From: an uncultured virus (IMG/VR IMGVR_UViG_3300021962_000038) | Taxonomy: Duplodnaviria > Heunggongvirae > Uroviricota > Caudoviricetes | Strand: one strand, 5' to 3' | DNA length: 64,000 nucleotides | IMG/VR virus record: IMGVR_UViG_3300021962_000038 | In this document: piece by piece, positions 37,546-50,900 of the stretch | Layout of the letters: each line of letters opens with the position of its first letter | Position numbering within the stretch: position 1 is the stretch's first letter | Notes under the pieces: generated by a model | The model's database searches: none | Told to the model about the DNA's origin: nothing | What the model saw: the letters and a program-made list of their open reading frames with translations, nothing else | Program-made: the position numbers and the translations under genes

Positions 37546-39414
37546 ATGGCAGTCAAAAGTTCATTATTAAATGTATCGGATTTAGATTTTGATGATATTT
37601 CAGCGAATCTAAAAACCTATCTCAAAGGTCAAGACAAATTCAAAGATTATAACTTTGAAGGTTCAAATATGTCTTTACTTATTGACTTACTTGCTTATGC
37701 ATCACATATCAATGCATTCAATACTAACTTAGCTGCATCAGAGTTATTCTTAGACTCTGCACAGATTAGAAAAAATGTTGTATCTCGTGCAAAAGATTTA
37801 GGTTTTATCCCTGCATCAGAAAAGGCTGCAAGAGCAAAAATAGAACTTACACTTTCTAATGTAAGGAATGCAGACGGTACATATCCGACTACAACAGAGA
37901 TGACTCTTCTAAGAGGAAATGTATTCGAGTCAGTCTTTGATGGTTCAAACTATAAATTTGTTGTTTCCTCTTCTGTCAAACCAGTTCAAAATGGTACAAA
38001 CTTTAGCTACACTGATGTAGAACTAATTCAGGGAACATATGTTACAGATACCTTTGTTCATGATCGTCAAATAAAAAATCCAAAATATGTTTTATCTAAT
38101 GATAGAGTAGATGGATCATCTATAGAGGTCACAGTTACTTCTAACAATGTCTCTACTGCATATACACTTTCTACCGATGTATCAGAAATCAAAACAACAT
38201 CTGAAGTGTTTTACATTCAAGAAAACGAAGAAGGGTTTCAAGAAATTTATTTTGGTGATGGTGTATTAGGAAAAGAACTTTTAGATGGTGATATTATTGA
38301 TGTAACTTATATATTGGTTGATGATGACCATGCAAATGGTGCTAAATCTTTTAGTATTGTTACTGCAATCAATGGATACTCTAGAGGTACTATTATTGTT
38401 CAAACACCTGCAACTGGTGGTTCAGAGAGAGAAAGTATTGACTCAATCAAGTTCAAAGCCAATAAGTTCTTTACATCACAAAACAGATTAGTTACATTGA
38501 ACGACTATAAAGCAAAAGTTTCTGAGTACTATCCAAATGCTGATGCAATTGCAGTATGGGGTGGTGAAGATAATGATCCACCTGAATACGGTAAAGTATT
38601 CCTTGCAATCAAACCAAACAATTCTGATTATATAACTGCAGAAGAAAAACGAGTGATACAACAGAAACTCAGAAAACTTAATATGATTACAGTTCGACCT
38701 GTAATCATTGATCCTGAAATTATCAAAATACTTGTCTCAACTACATTCAAGTACAACCCTAAATCAACAAGACTTTCTCTAGGAGAATTGCAGACATTAG
38801 TAACGAATGCAATCGTTGATTGGGATACTGCAAATCTAAACAATTTTGATTCAATCTTTAGACATTCAAAACTTGTCAGAGCTATTGATGATGCAGACTC
38901 AAGTATTTTGTCAAACATTACAAACATAAGACTAAGAAAACAACACTCTGTTACAATTGGTCAGAAGAAAGACATCACTGTAAACTTTGGAAACAGTCTT
39001 TACAATCCTCATTCAGGACACATGGCAAGTACAGGTGGTATTCTAACCACAACAGGTTTTTTACTTGATGGTGATACAAAAACATATTACTTTGACGAAG
39101 ATGGTACAGGTAATGTAAGAAGATATCACCTATCAGGTTCTACAAGAATTTATAACGATTCAGAAGCTGGAACAATAAATTATTCCACTGGATTGTTATC
39201 AATAGATGCATTGAACATTACCTCAACGGTAAATGCCAATACATCAATCGACTTCACCGTCATACCAAACAGTTATGATGTTGTTGCAACAAGGGGTAAT
39301 CTAATAGATATCTCTTCTGCCGACATTTCGGTACAAGGTGAAATAGACACCATCGCAAGTGGTGAGTCTAGTGCAGGTGTCGGTTATAAATCAACACCTT
39401 CATCTAGTTACTAA
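37546..39414 (+). CDS. gp6: Baseplate wedge subunit
   Basis: LDFD.I..NLK.YL, DYNFEGS, E.FLDSA..R..VVS.AK.LG, FGDG..G, QNRLVT..DY, WGGEDNDPP.YGKV. Confidence 0.95.
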   Translation: MAVKSSLLNVSDLDFDDISANLKTYLKGQDKFKDYNFEGSNMSLLIDLLAYASHINAFNTNLAASELFLDSAQIRKNVVSRAKDLGFIPASEKAARAKIELTLSNVRNADGTYPTTTEMTLLRGNVFESVFDGSNYKFVVSSSVKPVQNGTNFSYTDVELIQGTYVTDTFVHDRQIKNPKYVLSNDRVDGSSIEVTVTSNNVSTAYTLSTDVSEIKTTSEVFYIQENEEGFQEIYFGDGVLGKELLDGDIIDVTYILVDDDHANGAKSFSIVTAINGYSRGTIIVQTPATGGSERESIDSIKFKANKFFTSQNRLVTLNDYKAKVSEYYPNADAIAVWGGEDNDPPEYGKVFLAIKPNNSDYITAEEKRVIQQKLRKLNMITVRPVIIDPEIIKILVSTTFKYNPKSTRLSLGELQTLVTNAIVDWDTANLNNFDSIFRHSKLVRAIDDADSSILSNITNIRLRKQHSVTIGQKKDITVNFGNSLYNPHSGHMASTGGILTTTGFLLDGDTKTYYFDEDGTGNVRRYHLSGSTRIYNDSEAGTINYSTGLLSIDALNITSTVNANTSIDFTVIPNSYDVVATRGNLIDISSADISVQGEIDTIASGESSAGVGYKSTPSSSY

Positions 39415-39480
39415 TTATGTATAAAGTGATCAGGAGTCCCCTGAGTAGTTTCCCATTTATTTGGATTATAGGAGAAAAAA

Positions 39481-39954
39481 ATGGCAGATAAAAAAATTAG
39501 TGCTTTAACAGCAGTTGCAGATTCAGACATCGGTGCCGATGATCTTTTGCATATTGTTGACAACCCTGGCGGCACACCAGTAAATAAAAAAATGACTATC
39601 GGACAATTGTTCGAGAATGTTCCTACATTTCTTGCAGTAGATGATATTGCATCATTGACAGCAACTGCATCAAACCTTGCAAGTACTTTTGGTACTGCAT
39701 TTGATGGTGGTTCTTTCAGTGCTCATACATCATTTACACTTGACAATGGAACTAACACTGGTCAATTAAAAGTATTGTGGATGAAATCATTTCATGGTTC
39801 ATCTTACGAAGCAAGAGTAACAGTAACCTCATGGGGTTATTCATCAACAACAACAAACCAAATCGTGTTTGATGCACTTGGTGAAGCTGCTATTCTTATT
39901 TGGGACGGTAACAACTGGTTCCCATTAGGTACTGTTGGAGCAACATTAACATAA
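39481..39954 (+). CDS. Virion structural protein
   Basis: MADKKISAL N-terminus; GT.TGQLK ... LIWDG.NW. Confidence 0.7.
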   Translation: MADKKISALTAVADSDIGADDLLHIVDNPGGTPVNKKMTIGQLFENVPTFLAVDDIASLTATASNLASTFGTAFDGGSFSAHTSFTLDNGTNTGQLKVLWMKSFHGSSYEARVTVTSWGYSSTTTNQIVFDALGEAAILIWDGNNWFPLGTVGATLT

Positions 39955-39958
39955 TATT

Positions 39959-42900
39959 ATGTCACACGAAAAATATGTCATTGATAAACTAAGTCAAAGA
40001 TTACCGAATCTTCTTCCTGATTTTGTTAAGGAAGAATCACCTATCTTTGAGCAGTTTCTTAAAGCATATTTTGAGTACCTAGAAGCTGAGATTTTAGTTC
40101 TAAAGTCTCAAAGTGAAATAGACGGTATTTTACTTGAAGACGGTGATGGGTCAATTTTACTTGAACCTGCCACCGTCTCTCCGTCTCCTGATCAAAATGT
40201 TTCAAAGATAAAAACAGAATCATCTTCTGCAAACACAAACCCAACTGCAAGTCCGTTTGTAGTAGGTGAATACATCTACAGTGAAACAAACGGTTCAGTT
40301 GCAAAAATAGAAGTCATCAGTGGTAATACTCTTTACATTCGGTCTATATCAGGAACAGGTTTTTCAAAACTTGAAACAATAAAGGGAAGAGACGGTAATC
40401 AAACTGCCATAGTGCAGACATATAAACAAAACACAATCTCTGCAAACAACAGACTTCTAGATATAGGAGATGTAGATCATACAACAGAAGATTTCCTAGA
40501 ATATTATCAAAGAGACTTTGTACCATCATTAGACTTGACTAATGTTCCGAACAAAAGACTTGCAATCAAACATATAAAAGAACTATATCAGACTAAGGGT
40601 ACAGAAGAGTCTGCAAAGTTCTTGATGCGTATATTGTTTGGTGAAGATTCAGAGATACGATATCCTGATAACGAAACAATATATCTTTCAGATTCTAGTT
40701 ACAGCCAACAACGAAGATTGGTTGTGCAAATGGATAGAGATTACTTACCCAAAGCAACAGATAAGATTACCAAATATGATATAGATGGTATCACAATACT
40801 TGCAGAGTCAATTATTGAAAATGTCTATGTGTTAGACAGTTCTGCATTTATCTATTCATGTAATATCAAAAACAATCACTACGGTACATTTAGTAATACC
40901 GATGCAGTCACATTTTTAGATAGAGACGATAAAACAAAATATACAGGTGTTATCAAAGGTATCATTGCAGGAACCAATTTAGACAATTCATCTGTTTATG
41001 TTGAACATGACGATAGTGGTGTTATTCTTTTAGAAGATGGTGGTGGTCTAACTCTAGAAACACCAACTAGAGGTTCCATGTACAATATCAGTGATGCAAT
41101 CAATTATACTGGTTCAAAAGATGATACAGATGTAGTCAGTTCAAAAGGTGTTGTAGATGGTCTTACTTACGGCCCTATCACACATATCTACATTGAAGAA
41201 GAAGGAATAAACTATGACTCAGGTGATTTAGTTGTATTTGAAGATAATCTACAAACAGGTGGTGCAGAGGCAATCATCGGTTCAGTAGGTGATGAAATCC
41301 TTTTAGAAAATGCAACTTACTGGGGTCAGTTTGAAATCACTGCAGCAGCTAGTCAGACTGTTTTTTCAGGAGTAGACAACAATGGTAAAAGAATATTTTT
41401 CAATGACAATACTGTAAGAGTATTTGTTGATGGTATTGAATCAACTCCTACAACTGATTTTATATCACAAAACGATAGAGTTACATTCACATCTCCACTT
41501 TCAGGTGGTGAACTCGTAGAGATTTATACACAGTTCAATAGAATAACCTATGAAGATGGTTCACTTATAAACCAAGAGACTACTGTAGGTAATATTCGTT
41601 CAATTAGAATCAAAGACGGTGGATGGTATAATAGTGTACCCAATGTGTATCCAGGCGGATACATTTATTTTGATGACATAACAGGTTTCCAAGAAGGTGA
41701 GGTTGTTACAGGAACAAACTCTTCTGCAACTGCAACTATTCTTAGACTTGAACCTAAGAAGAAAAGAATAGTTGTCAAAAGAGAATCAACAGACACAGGG
41801 GTGTTCATAGATGGTGAACAGATTACTGGTGGTACATCAAATACACAAAAACTAAACACTAACACAACCGTTTCATCAGGTACAGGTGCAAAACTTTTCG
41901 CATACGGTGAAAACATTGGTGGTGTTGCATCAGTCAATATACAAGAACAAGGTTATAAGTTTGACTCAGATGGTGCATTAGATAGTTCCTCATTCTCACC
42001 TATGTTAATCGAAACACCTACTGCAACACTTACACGAGATATAACACTTACAGGGGATATCTCAGGTGCAACTGCAACAGTAGTTTCTTACAATGCAAAC
42101 AAACATATTGTAACTGTCAAAGATGTTGATGGATACTTTTTAGAAAATGAAATGGTATCTTACAACAATGTGGACGAGTTTAGAGTTCTAAAATTTGATC
42201 CTTACACTGGTCGTGGTACACAAGCTGGTGAGGGTATCATACAAACTAATTTCTTGGGTGTTAGAAGTTTCTTAGATGAAGATGCAGCTAACATTCACGA
42301 TGGTTATTATTATCAGACACACTCTTATGTTTTGAAGGTTGGAGAATCAATCAACAAATGGAGAGGTGCATTGAAAGACCTCTTACATCCAGCAGGTCAT
42401 ATTTTCTTTGGTGAGGTTGCAATCAAAAATGTTATTGATGCACAACCAACAGAACAGGTTAGATTTAGACCAACTATTATTATCGGACTTGAAGTTGTAC
42501 CTTATGTAGTCAATGCATTTACAAACTCAATGAGAGAAATTGAGATTTACACGAATGCAGATGAGATGAATACACCATTGATTGTATTGAGAGATGCAGG
42601 TGTACCTTCTATCTTTAGAACAACACCTTTCACAGAGTTCGGTGATTCATCTCATAGAAACAGACACTTGAATATAAACATTATCAATAGTTTTGCAAGT
42701 GCAACTACACTTACAGGAACAAGACTACAAGGTGGTAATGGAACAGTTACATCTTTATCACTTGAGTCAGCAGACAACGGTTGGTTGTCAATAGAAACAG
42801 AAAGAAGGCCTGCAAGACACGGTAAAGTTTTCACTTCATACGATATTGTAGATGAAGTATTGATATTAGAAGATGGTAGTCGAATAGAATTAGAAGAAGA

Positions 42901-43429
42901 AGTTTGCAAACTAAGATTAGAACCTAGTGAACATGCAAATGTTAAGGGTGATTATGGTGATGTAATGATTATGGAAGATGGTGATATTGTTAGATTAGAA
43001 TCTGCAACAACAGATGAACCAGTACATTACTTTACAACAGAAAGATCAATAGAACTCAAAGACAAATACTTCTTGTTTGAAGATGGTAATAGAATCATCT
43101 TTGAAGATGGCGATGCAATCTCAGACGAGGATGCAGGTAGTCATAGTTATACTTCTTTTGTCCCATTAGGGTCAACTTATAGAACAATAAATACAATATC
43201 AAATCAACGGACTTACGACATCTCTTATTACTTAAAAGATGAAACGGATGAAGATGATTTCTTATTGGAAGACGGTACAGGTAATGTTCTAAGTGAAGAA
43301 TCACAACCTGAAGGAATTAGAATATCTGATATGGAATACTATCTACCTAAGATGTATGTATCAGAATTGCCTTTACATGAAAGAAAAAGGACAAATTTAT
43401 CATTTAATGCTTATGTAAAGTCTGCATAA
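39959..43429 (+). CDS. gp7: Baseplate wedge initiator (gp7-like)
   Basis: P.FV.EE...F..FLKAYFEYLE, Y..KGT..S..FL.RILF, D..YYQ..SYV, HPAG..FFGE; recurrent LLEDG motifs. Confidence 0.8.
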   Translation: MSHEKYVIDKLSQRLPNLLPDFVKEESPIFEQFLKAYFEYLEAEILVLKSQSEIDGILLEDGDGSILLEPATVSPSPDQNVSKIKTESSSANTNPTASPFVVGEYIYSETNGSVAKIEVISGNTLYIRSISGTGFSKLETIKGRDGNQTAIVQTYKQNTISANNRLLDIGDVDHTTEDFLEYYQRDFVPSLDLTNVPNKRLAIKHIKELYQTKGTEESAKFLMRILFGEDSEIRYPDNETIYLSDSSYSQQRRLVVQMDRDYLPKATDKITKYDIDGITILAESIIENVYVLDSSAFIYSCNIKNNHYGTFSNTDAVTFLDRDDKTKYTGVIKGIIAGTNLDNSSVYVEHDDSGVILLEDGGGLTLETPTRGSMYNISDAINYTGSKDDTDVVSSKGVVDGLTYGPITHIYIEEEGINYDSGDLVVFEDNLQTGGAEAIIGSVGDEILLENATYWGQFEITAAASQTVFSGVDNNGKRIFFNDNTVRVFVDGIESTPTTDFISQNDRVTFTSPLSGGELVEIYTQFNRITYEDGSLINQETTVGNIRSIRIKDGGWYNSVPNVYPGGYIYFDDITGFQEGEVVTGTNSSATATILRLEPKKKRIVVKRESTDTGVFIDGEQITGGTSNTQKLNTNTTVSSGTGAKLFAYGENIGGVASVNIQEQGYKFDSDGALDSSSFSPMLIETPTATLTRDITLTGDISGATATVVSYNANKHIVTVKDVDGYFLENEMVSYNNVDEFRVLKFDPYTGRGTQAGEGIIQTNFLGVRSFLDEDAANIHDGYYYQTHSYVLKVGESINKWRGALKDLLHPAGHIFFGEVAIKNVIDAQPTEQVRFRPTIIIGLEVVPYVVNAFTNSMREIEIYTNADEMNTPLIVLRDAGVPSIFRTTPFTEFGDSSHRNRHLNINIINSFASATTLTGTRLQGGNGTVTSLSLESADNGWLSIETERRPARHGKVFTSYDIVDEVLILEDGSRIELEEEVCKLRLEPSEHANVKGDYGDVMIMEDGDIVRLESATTDEPVHYFTTERSIELKDKYFLFEDGNRIIFEDGDAISDEDAGSHSYTSFVPLGSTYRTINTISNQRTYDISYYLKDETDEDDFLLEDGTGNVLSEESQPEGIRISDMEYYLPKMYVSELPLHERKRTNLSFNAYVKSA

Positions 43430-43431
43430 GT

Positions 43432-43451
43432 TATAAATAGTATTATAAATA
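43432..43451 (+). promoter_or_regulatory. Tandem late promoters TATAAATA x2
   Basis: 43432-43439 and 43444-43451. Confidence 0.75.
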
Positions 43452-43469
43452 ATCTGAGGAGATTAAAAA

Positions 43470-44924
43470 ATGGCAGCAATTATTACGGAAAAGTTTAGAG
43501 TACATAACGCTAAACAATTTAAGGAAGATTTCGGTGAATCCGCTTCATCGACTTATTTATTCATAGGTAGACCATGGGCATGGACTGACGATAACAACCC
43601 ACCTTCACCTTCAAACGGTATAGGGGAAGAGGTTGATGCATGGTCAGATATGATTGCAATGAAGAAGGTTTCTTCTTCAGATGTATCACATGGTATAACA
43701 AGATACGACTGGACTTCAGGAACATCTTACGATGAGTATGCACATGATTATTCATCATCAAATCAAACACCTGCAACATCACAAAACAGTTTGTTTGATG
43801 GAAGATTTTATGTCATAACAGACGAGTATAATGTTTACAAATGTATTAGAACAGGTAGAGATGCAAATGGTGCTGTCGTTGCCTCTACTGTCAAACCTAC
43901 TGGTACAAGCTCAACTGCAATAGTTACAACCTCAGATTCAGGAGCTGCCCAAGGATATCAGTGGAAATACATGTACACAATATCTGCCTCAGACACAATC
44001 AAATTTGTAACTAACGACTTCATTCCAGTAAAAACACTTGGTGCTCAAGCTGAAATAGACGGAACAGGAACAAGTGGTGGAATGGGTTCATCTGCAACCG
44101 ATGATGGTTCTTCTCAATGGGATGTTGAGAACGATGCAGTAGACGGTGCAATCTATCATGTAAGAGTAGATGCAGGTGGTTCAGGTTATAACAATGGTTC
44201 ATATACTTCAGTTGCTATCGATGGTGATGGTTCAAGTGGTGAATGTACAGTTGTTGTTGCAAACGGTGCTGTAGACTATGTTACAGTTACAACTTACGGA
44301 ACAGGTTATAGAAGAGCATCGATTGACATTGCAGGTATCACAGGTATCGGATCAGGATCAAATGCAGTTGTTACACCAATTATTACACCTTTAATCGGAC
44401 ACGGTGCAGATCCAGTTCAAGAACTTGGTGGAAACTATGTAATCGTAAACTCAAGACTTGAGTTTGCAGAAGGTTCAGGTGACTTCCCAACAGATAACGA
44501 TTTCAGAAGAATTGGTCTAGTTCAAGATCCATTCACTGTTGGTACAACCACTGTCGCAACTGCAACTACATTAGCTGCATACAAAAAAATGACACTTTCA
44601 AGTGTTTCAGGACTATCAACAGATGACATCATTATGGATGCAGCTGCTAATGGTGCTGGTGTAGCAGTAGGAAGAATTTTATCTATATCATCAAATGATG
44701 TTTCCTATATCCCTGTCGCAAATAGTGAAGGTGGTTATGCTTCGTTTGCAGCTGCTGATACTGTTTATGAAAGTGGTTCATCAATTGGTACAGTGTCTTC
44801 AGTTTCAACAAGTTTCCCTGAAGTAGAAAAATATACAGGACAAGTTCTTTATATTGAAAATAGGGGTGCTGTATCAAGAGCTGCCGACCAAATAGAAGAT
44901 ATCAAACTGATTATCGAAATGTAA
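43470..44924 (+). CDS. gp8: Baseplate wedge subunit
   Basis: MAAIIT.KFR, YLFIGR, R.DW.SG, VYKC, Y.WKYMY, GHGADP..ELG, NDFRRIGL, Q.EDIKLI.E. Confidence 0.92.
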   Translation: MAAIITEKFRVHNAKQFKEDFGESASSTYLFIGRPWAWTDDNNPPSPSNGIGEEVDAWSDMIAMKKVSSSDVSHGITRYDWTSGTSYDEYAHDYSSSNQTPATSQNSLFDGRFYVITDEYNVYKCIRTGRDANGAVVASTVKPTGTSSTAIVTTSDSGAAQGYQWKYMYTISASDTIKFVTNDFIPVKTLGAQAEIDGTGTSGGMGSSATDDGSSQWDVENDAVDGAIYHVRVDAGGSGYNNGSYTSVAIDGDGSSGECTVVVANGAVDYVTVTTYGTGYRRASIDIAGITGIGSGSNAVVTPIITPLIGHGADPVQELGGNYVIVNSRLEFAEGSGDFPTDNDFRRIGLVQDPFTVGTTTVATATTLAAYKKMTLSSVSGLSTDDIIMDAAANGAGVAVGRILSISSNDVSYIPVANSEGGYASFAAADTVYESGSSIGTVSSVSTSFPEVEKYTGQVLYIENRGAVSRAADQIEDIKLIIEM

Positions 44925-44969
44925 TTGGTGAGGAGAGTTCTCCTCAAACATTAATAACGAGTAGGGAAT

Positions 44970-47900
44970 ATGCAGAAAACTGACCTAAATATTACACCAT
45001 ATTATGACGACTATAGTGAGGACAAAAACTTTCATAAGGTTCTGTTCCGTGCTGGTCGTCCACTTCAAGCAAGAGAATTAACTCAATCACAGTCTATATT
45101 ACAAAATCAGGTTGAAAGACTTGGTAGTCACTTCTTCAAAGAAGGTTCTATCATACAAGGTGCTCAAACTGATGTCAATATGGACTACTACTTTGTTAAA
45201 GTAAATTCTGCAAACCCTAATTCAAATGGTGATGCTAATGTAGAGACATATAGAACATCATCACACGGTTCATTTATCAGAGGTAAAACTTCAGGTGTAG
45301 TTGCACAGATTATGACATCTAGTGCAGAGACAACCGATGATAAACTAACACTATTTGTCAAGTATAAATCACAAGGTACAGACACAGATCATTCATTTGC
45401 CTTTACTGCAAATGAGAGTATAGAATTTGTTTCATTTGATTCAAGTGGTAATGCAACTGCAACTGGAAGTAATAACGAGTTCTCAGTTGTTGCATCTACC
45501 GACACACCAAATGGTCGTGCCTCTATTGCAAACATTTCAGAGGGTGTCGTCTTTATCAGAGGTTTCTTCTGTAAAGTAGATGCACAAGAAATTATACTTG
45601 AGAAATATTCAGGTAAACCATCTTATAGAGTAGGTCTAAAAGTAACAGAAGAACTTATCAGTTCTGCAAATGACAACACACTTTTAGACAATGCAACAGG
45701 AACAAATAACGAGAATGCAGCTGGTGCTGACAGACTTAAGTTTTCTCTTACTCTCTCCAAGTTTTCACTTACAGATACAGACGATACAAACTTCATTGAG
45801 TTTGTAAGAGTCAATAATGGTATCATCGAATTAGAAATCACCAAACCTATTTACAATGAAATAGAGAACACACTTGCAAGAAGAACATACGATACAAACG
45901 GTGATTTTGTTGTCAATCAATTCCGATATAATTTCAGAGAACACTTAGACGACACAACCAACAGAGGATATTACACTTCTGCACTTGGTGGTGATGAGAC
46001 TAAAGTTATTATGCAAGTGTCGCCTGGAAAAGCATATGTAAGAGGATACGAAATTGATAAAGTTGGAACAACACCAATCACTATCAATAAAGCAAGAACA
46101 AAAGTATCACTTGACAATGCAAACTCACCAGTTAGACTTGGAAACTTTTTACGAGTAAACAATGCACACTCACTACCTGAATTTGGTAATGAGTCAGGTA
46201 CAGATGCACAAACTCCATACGGATTATGTAAACTATGGAGTGATTATACATCTTCATCTGCAGGTACAGAACCTTCAGGAGACTATATTGGTTTCTGTAG
46301 AGTTAGAGACATCACAATTAGATCAAGTGGTGGTGTTGACGGAGACGGTGTATACAACGACAGTTCAGTATTTCAACTTAGTATATTTGATGTAAAATTA
46401 CTGACAAAGATTTCATATTCTGCACATTCAGGTACAGCAAAAGGTGGTGATAAAGTCACTGGTTCTGTATCAGGTGCAACAGGTATCATTGCATACGATA
46501 ACAACTCGAATGCACTTTACATACACGATGTAGATGGTACATTCTTAGACACTGATGCAATCAGTTCAGAAGGTGCTGGAGACTTTGCACTTACAGCAGG
46601 TCAAAACACAGGAGTTAGAACCTATGACATTGGTGTGGTTAGAGGTATTTCTCAAGTTCCACAAAACACAAACAGAGAAGTTTTCACAGCTGATACACTT
46701 GTTGATAAAGAAGCAACATTATCAGGAGTTGTAACATTTACTAATGCATCTGCAACCATGTCAGGATTTGGTTCTAGATTTGTAAATCAACTAAATGTAG
46801 GTGATGTGGTATACAACCCTGCAGCTTCTGAATATCATGTTGTAACAGCAGTAACCAACGATACAACTGCAACCATTACACAATTCAATGGAAACGGTGC
46901 AACGACTGCTGGTGGAGACTATCAAGGTAAAGTAACAAGATTTAGAACTGCAATCTATAACCAAGACCAACTTGCAAATATATTTGCATGGCCAAGAGAT
47001 TGGGTTGCAACACATACAGGTGAGTCTGCTACTGTAAGAAGACAAGAGGTTGTTACCGTTGACTCAAACGGTAAGTTTGAATTAGACACAGGAACAGGTA
47101 CTTTTGGTACAAGAAACACAGATAATTTCACTCTTGCAATTGTAGAACCTAAGTCAGGTGGAACACCTGATTATGCCGCTGGTGATTTGATCGATATCGA
47201 ATCACTTACTGAAGATAGTTTGACTTCTACAGGTTCAGGTCAGGTTCTTACAATGTCAGGATTACCAAACGATAATGGTGCATTGATTCGTGCAACATTT
47301 ACAGTTACAATTACTAATCCATCTAACAGACAAAAAGTATTACGACAAGCAAGATGTTTGAAAGTCGGAAGTGCAAGAACTGCTGGTGGATACTATGGAA
47401 CTGCATACGATGATAGAGATATTACACTAGGTGTCTCTGATGTATTCAGAATTCGTGCAATTTACGAAGGTGTGGGTGGAACAGATCCACTACCACCAAG
47501 TGCAACACTAAACAGTATCAATGGAACATTTACACTCTTTGAAACTGTCGTTGGTCAGACTTCAGGTGCAAGAGCAACACTAATCGATTACAATGGTGGA
47601 AGTGCAACTTCATATTGGTATTATACAAATGCAAATAAATTTGTAGATGGAGAGACAATCGTTGGAGCGACTTCAAGTGCCTTTGCAACAATTAGTGGTG
47701 TATCACAAGGTTCACCAAATATTAGAAACAGATATCTATTTGATGATGGACAGAGAGATGGATACTATGACATATCAAAAATCATTAGAAAACAAGGTAG
47801 TGCAGCTCCAAATAATCCAATTGTAATTGTATTTGATTATTTCACCTCTTCAGGTAGTGGAGATTACTATGATGTAAACTCATATCTAAATGCAGGTGTT

Positions 47901-50900
47901 GATTATAAAGACATTCCTGTTTACTCACCAAGTAGAGTTGACTTAGGTGGATTAGAACCTGATGGTACATTTGAATTATCAGATGCAGTCGACTTTAGAC
48001 CAAACTTAGGACAAATTCTAGGTACTACAACTTTTGGAAGTGCAAACCCTGATCTTACATCGATTGTAGACTTATCAAACACAACAAGTGGTGCTGTATA
48101 TGCACCATTCTCATATGTTGGTAATACACAAGCACTTGGTACAAATCACGGTAAATCATTTGAGTCTGCAAGAACAGGTATCACTGCAACTGGTTCAAGT
48201 GTAAACGATGTTCCAGTTGACGGAACAAGTGTTGTCGGAGATATTGATTTTTATGTAAGTAGAATAGACAGAGTATACTTACATAAGAGTGGACTATTCC
48301 AAGTTGCAACTGGTATTCCTGCAATCACACCTCAAAGACCTAAAGGTGTTGATGATGCAATCGAATTATTCGAGTTACGCATACCTGCGTACACGCTGAA
48401 TACAGATGGAATAACAGTAACCTCAAAAGATCACAGACGATACACAATGGCTGATATCGGTAAGATAAACAAAAGGGTTACCAACTTAGAAAGAATAACA
48501 TCACTTTCATTATTAGAAAAAGATGTTCAATCAAAACAGATTTTAGACGCTGACGGTTTCGACAGATTCAAGTCAGGTTTCTTAGTAGATAACTTTAGAG
48601 GTCACAAACGAGGTGATGTTTTCCATCCTGATTATCAGTGTGCAATTGATAGTAAGAGAGGACAACTAAGACCAAGATCATACGAACAATTCTTTGACAT
48701 TTCACAGAATACAAGTTCATCCTCACACTTCCGAAAAACTGGTGATCTTATAACATTACCTTATACTGAAGCGACCTTTATCAATCAATCAAAAGGTTCG
48801 AGATCTATCAATGTAAACCCATATAATGTGTATGCATTTATAGGTAATGTAAAACTATCACCTGAAACAGATGTATGGCAAGATACAGAGAACTTACCAA
48901 CAGTAACCATCAATAGAGAAGGAACTTTTGATGCAGTTCTCGCAGGTAACGGAAATCAAACTGTAGGAACAGTTTGGAACGACTGGCAAACAACATGGGT
49001 TGGAGAACCCTCAGTAGTAGATACTGAATTAGTTTCAACAACTGGTGGTCATTGGGAAGGAGATCCTGCACAAGGTGGAACATGGATTTCAGGAGAAGTG
49101 GTTACAAGAGAAATTACTGAAACTCCTGAAGTAGAAACTAGATCAGGAATTACAACTACAGTTGTTGAAGATTTTGTAGAAACAAGAAACGATAGAGTCG
49201 TATCAGTTTCAATTATTCCTTTCATGAGATCAAGGACTATTACAATTGATGCAACCAATCTAAAACCAAATACACATCATTGGGTATTCTTTGATGGTAT
49301 CAGAGTTGATGCATATGTAAGACCATACAGTGCAACTTACTCACAAGACGGTGGAACAACTGTTTCATCAGGTGTGAAAACAGATGGTAACGGTAGACTT
49401 CGTGCATACTTTGAACTACCAAATAGTTCAACACAAAGGTTCCCAACAGGTGAAGCTAAATTAGAAATCACCTCAAGTTATTACAATAACCCTGCACCTG
49501 CATCTCATGGAAGTGCAACATATAGTGCTCAAGGTTTATTACAGTCAAATCAAACAGAAATTATTTCAACAAGAAACGGAAAGGTAATTGTAGAAAATGT
49601 ATCTGCATCAAGAAACATTATAAGAAGAGGTGAACAACTAAACTCTCTTGCAATTGATGAGATACCACCTGACACAACACCACAAGAAGATCCAAATCCA
49701 TTTGATTGGGGTGAAGCAGATGATGATGATGATCGTCCACCACCAATCTCTGATTTACCTGAAGATAATGATATGCCTGTTGACAGAGGTGGAGACCGAA
49801 GGGTAGTTCCAATTAGACCTCGTGAGGGTAGAGAAATTGATGGTGGTTATGGTGATCCACTTGCACAATCATTCTTGGTTGATGCACAAGGTGGTATTAT
49901 GTTGACATCTGTTGATCTGTTCTTCCATAAGAAATCTACAGATATGCCAGTCAGTGTTGAAATTAGAAATATGGTCAACGGTTATCCTGGCCAGATTATT
50001 CTTCCATTCTCAAAGGTATCAAAAAATCCTGCTGATGTTAATATATCTACAGATGGTTCAACTGCAACAACCTTTACATTCGACTCTCCAGTTTTCCTAG
50101 AAGAAGGAAAGGAGTATTCCTTTGTAGTTATCTCAAACTCAGATGATTATGAAGCATTTATTTCTAGAATGGGTGAAACAGATCTAGTTACAGGACAAAC
50201 AATTTCAGGACAACCTTATGCAGGTTCATTATTCTTATCACAAAATGCATCTACATGGACAGCAGAACAAACAGACGATTTGAAATTCCATCTGAAGATG
50301 GCTTCATTTGATACAACTAAGAATGGTTCTGTAGTGTTTGAGAATGATGCACTACCAACTGTAAAACTACAAGAGAACCCAATTAAGATGTTCTCAGGAC
50401 AAACTTATTTCCAAGTTGCAAGTTATTCACACGGTATGTATCATACATCATCAAATGTAACTCTCTCAAACATTGAGGGAGATGAAGAAGGTGTAGTTAC
50501 AAATATCACACACAGTTCATCAGGTACACTACCAGTTGCAGGAACTTACTCTGCACAATCAACTACTGATACAGTTGGAACTGGTTCAGGTTGTACAGTT
50601 ACAGTTGTTGTATCAGGTTCAGTTGGAAACGAAGTTATCGATAGTGTCAAGATTGCAAGTGGTGGTACAGGATATACAACAAGTTCATCTCTACAAGTTA
50701 CTAACTTAGGTGGAGAGACAAATACACTTACTATGTCAGTTGATGCAGTCAGTGACACATTGGGTGGAATACCAATTGGTGCATTGAATACTACATTTAC
50801 TGCAATTGCAAATATTACGATTGATACATTTACTGTAACTGCTGATTTATCTTCTTATGACTTTATAAGTGGATATACTGCAACACATAACACAATAGGT

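Noticed and set aside
44929..44946. Hairpin between gp8 and the VrlC-like gene as a terminator
   Set aside because: The stem is good but has no U-tract, so it is more likely a stability or processing hairpin.
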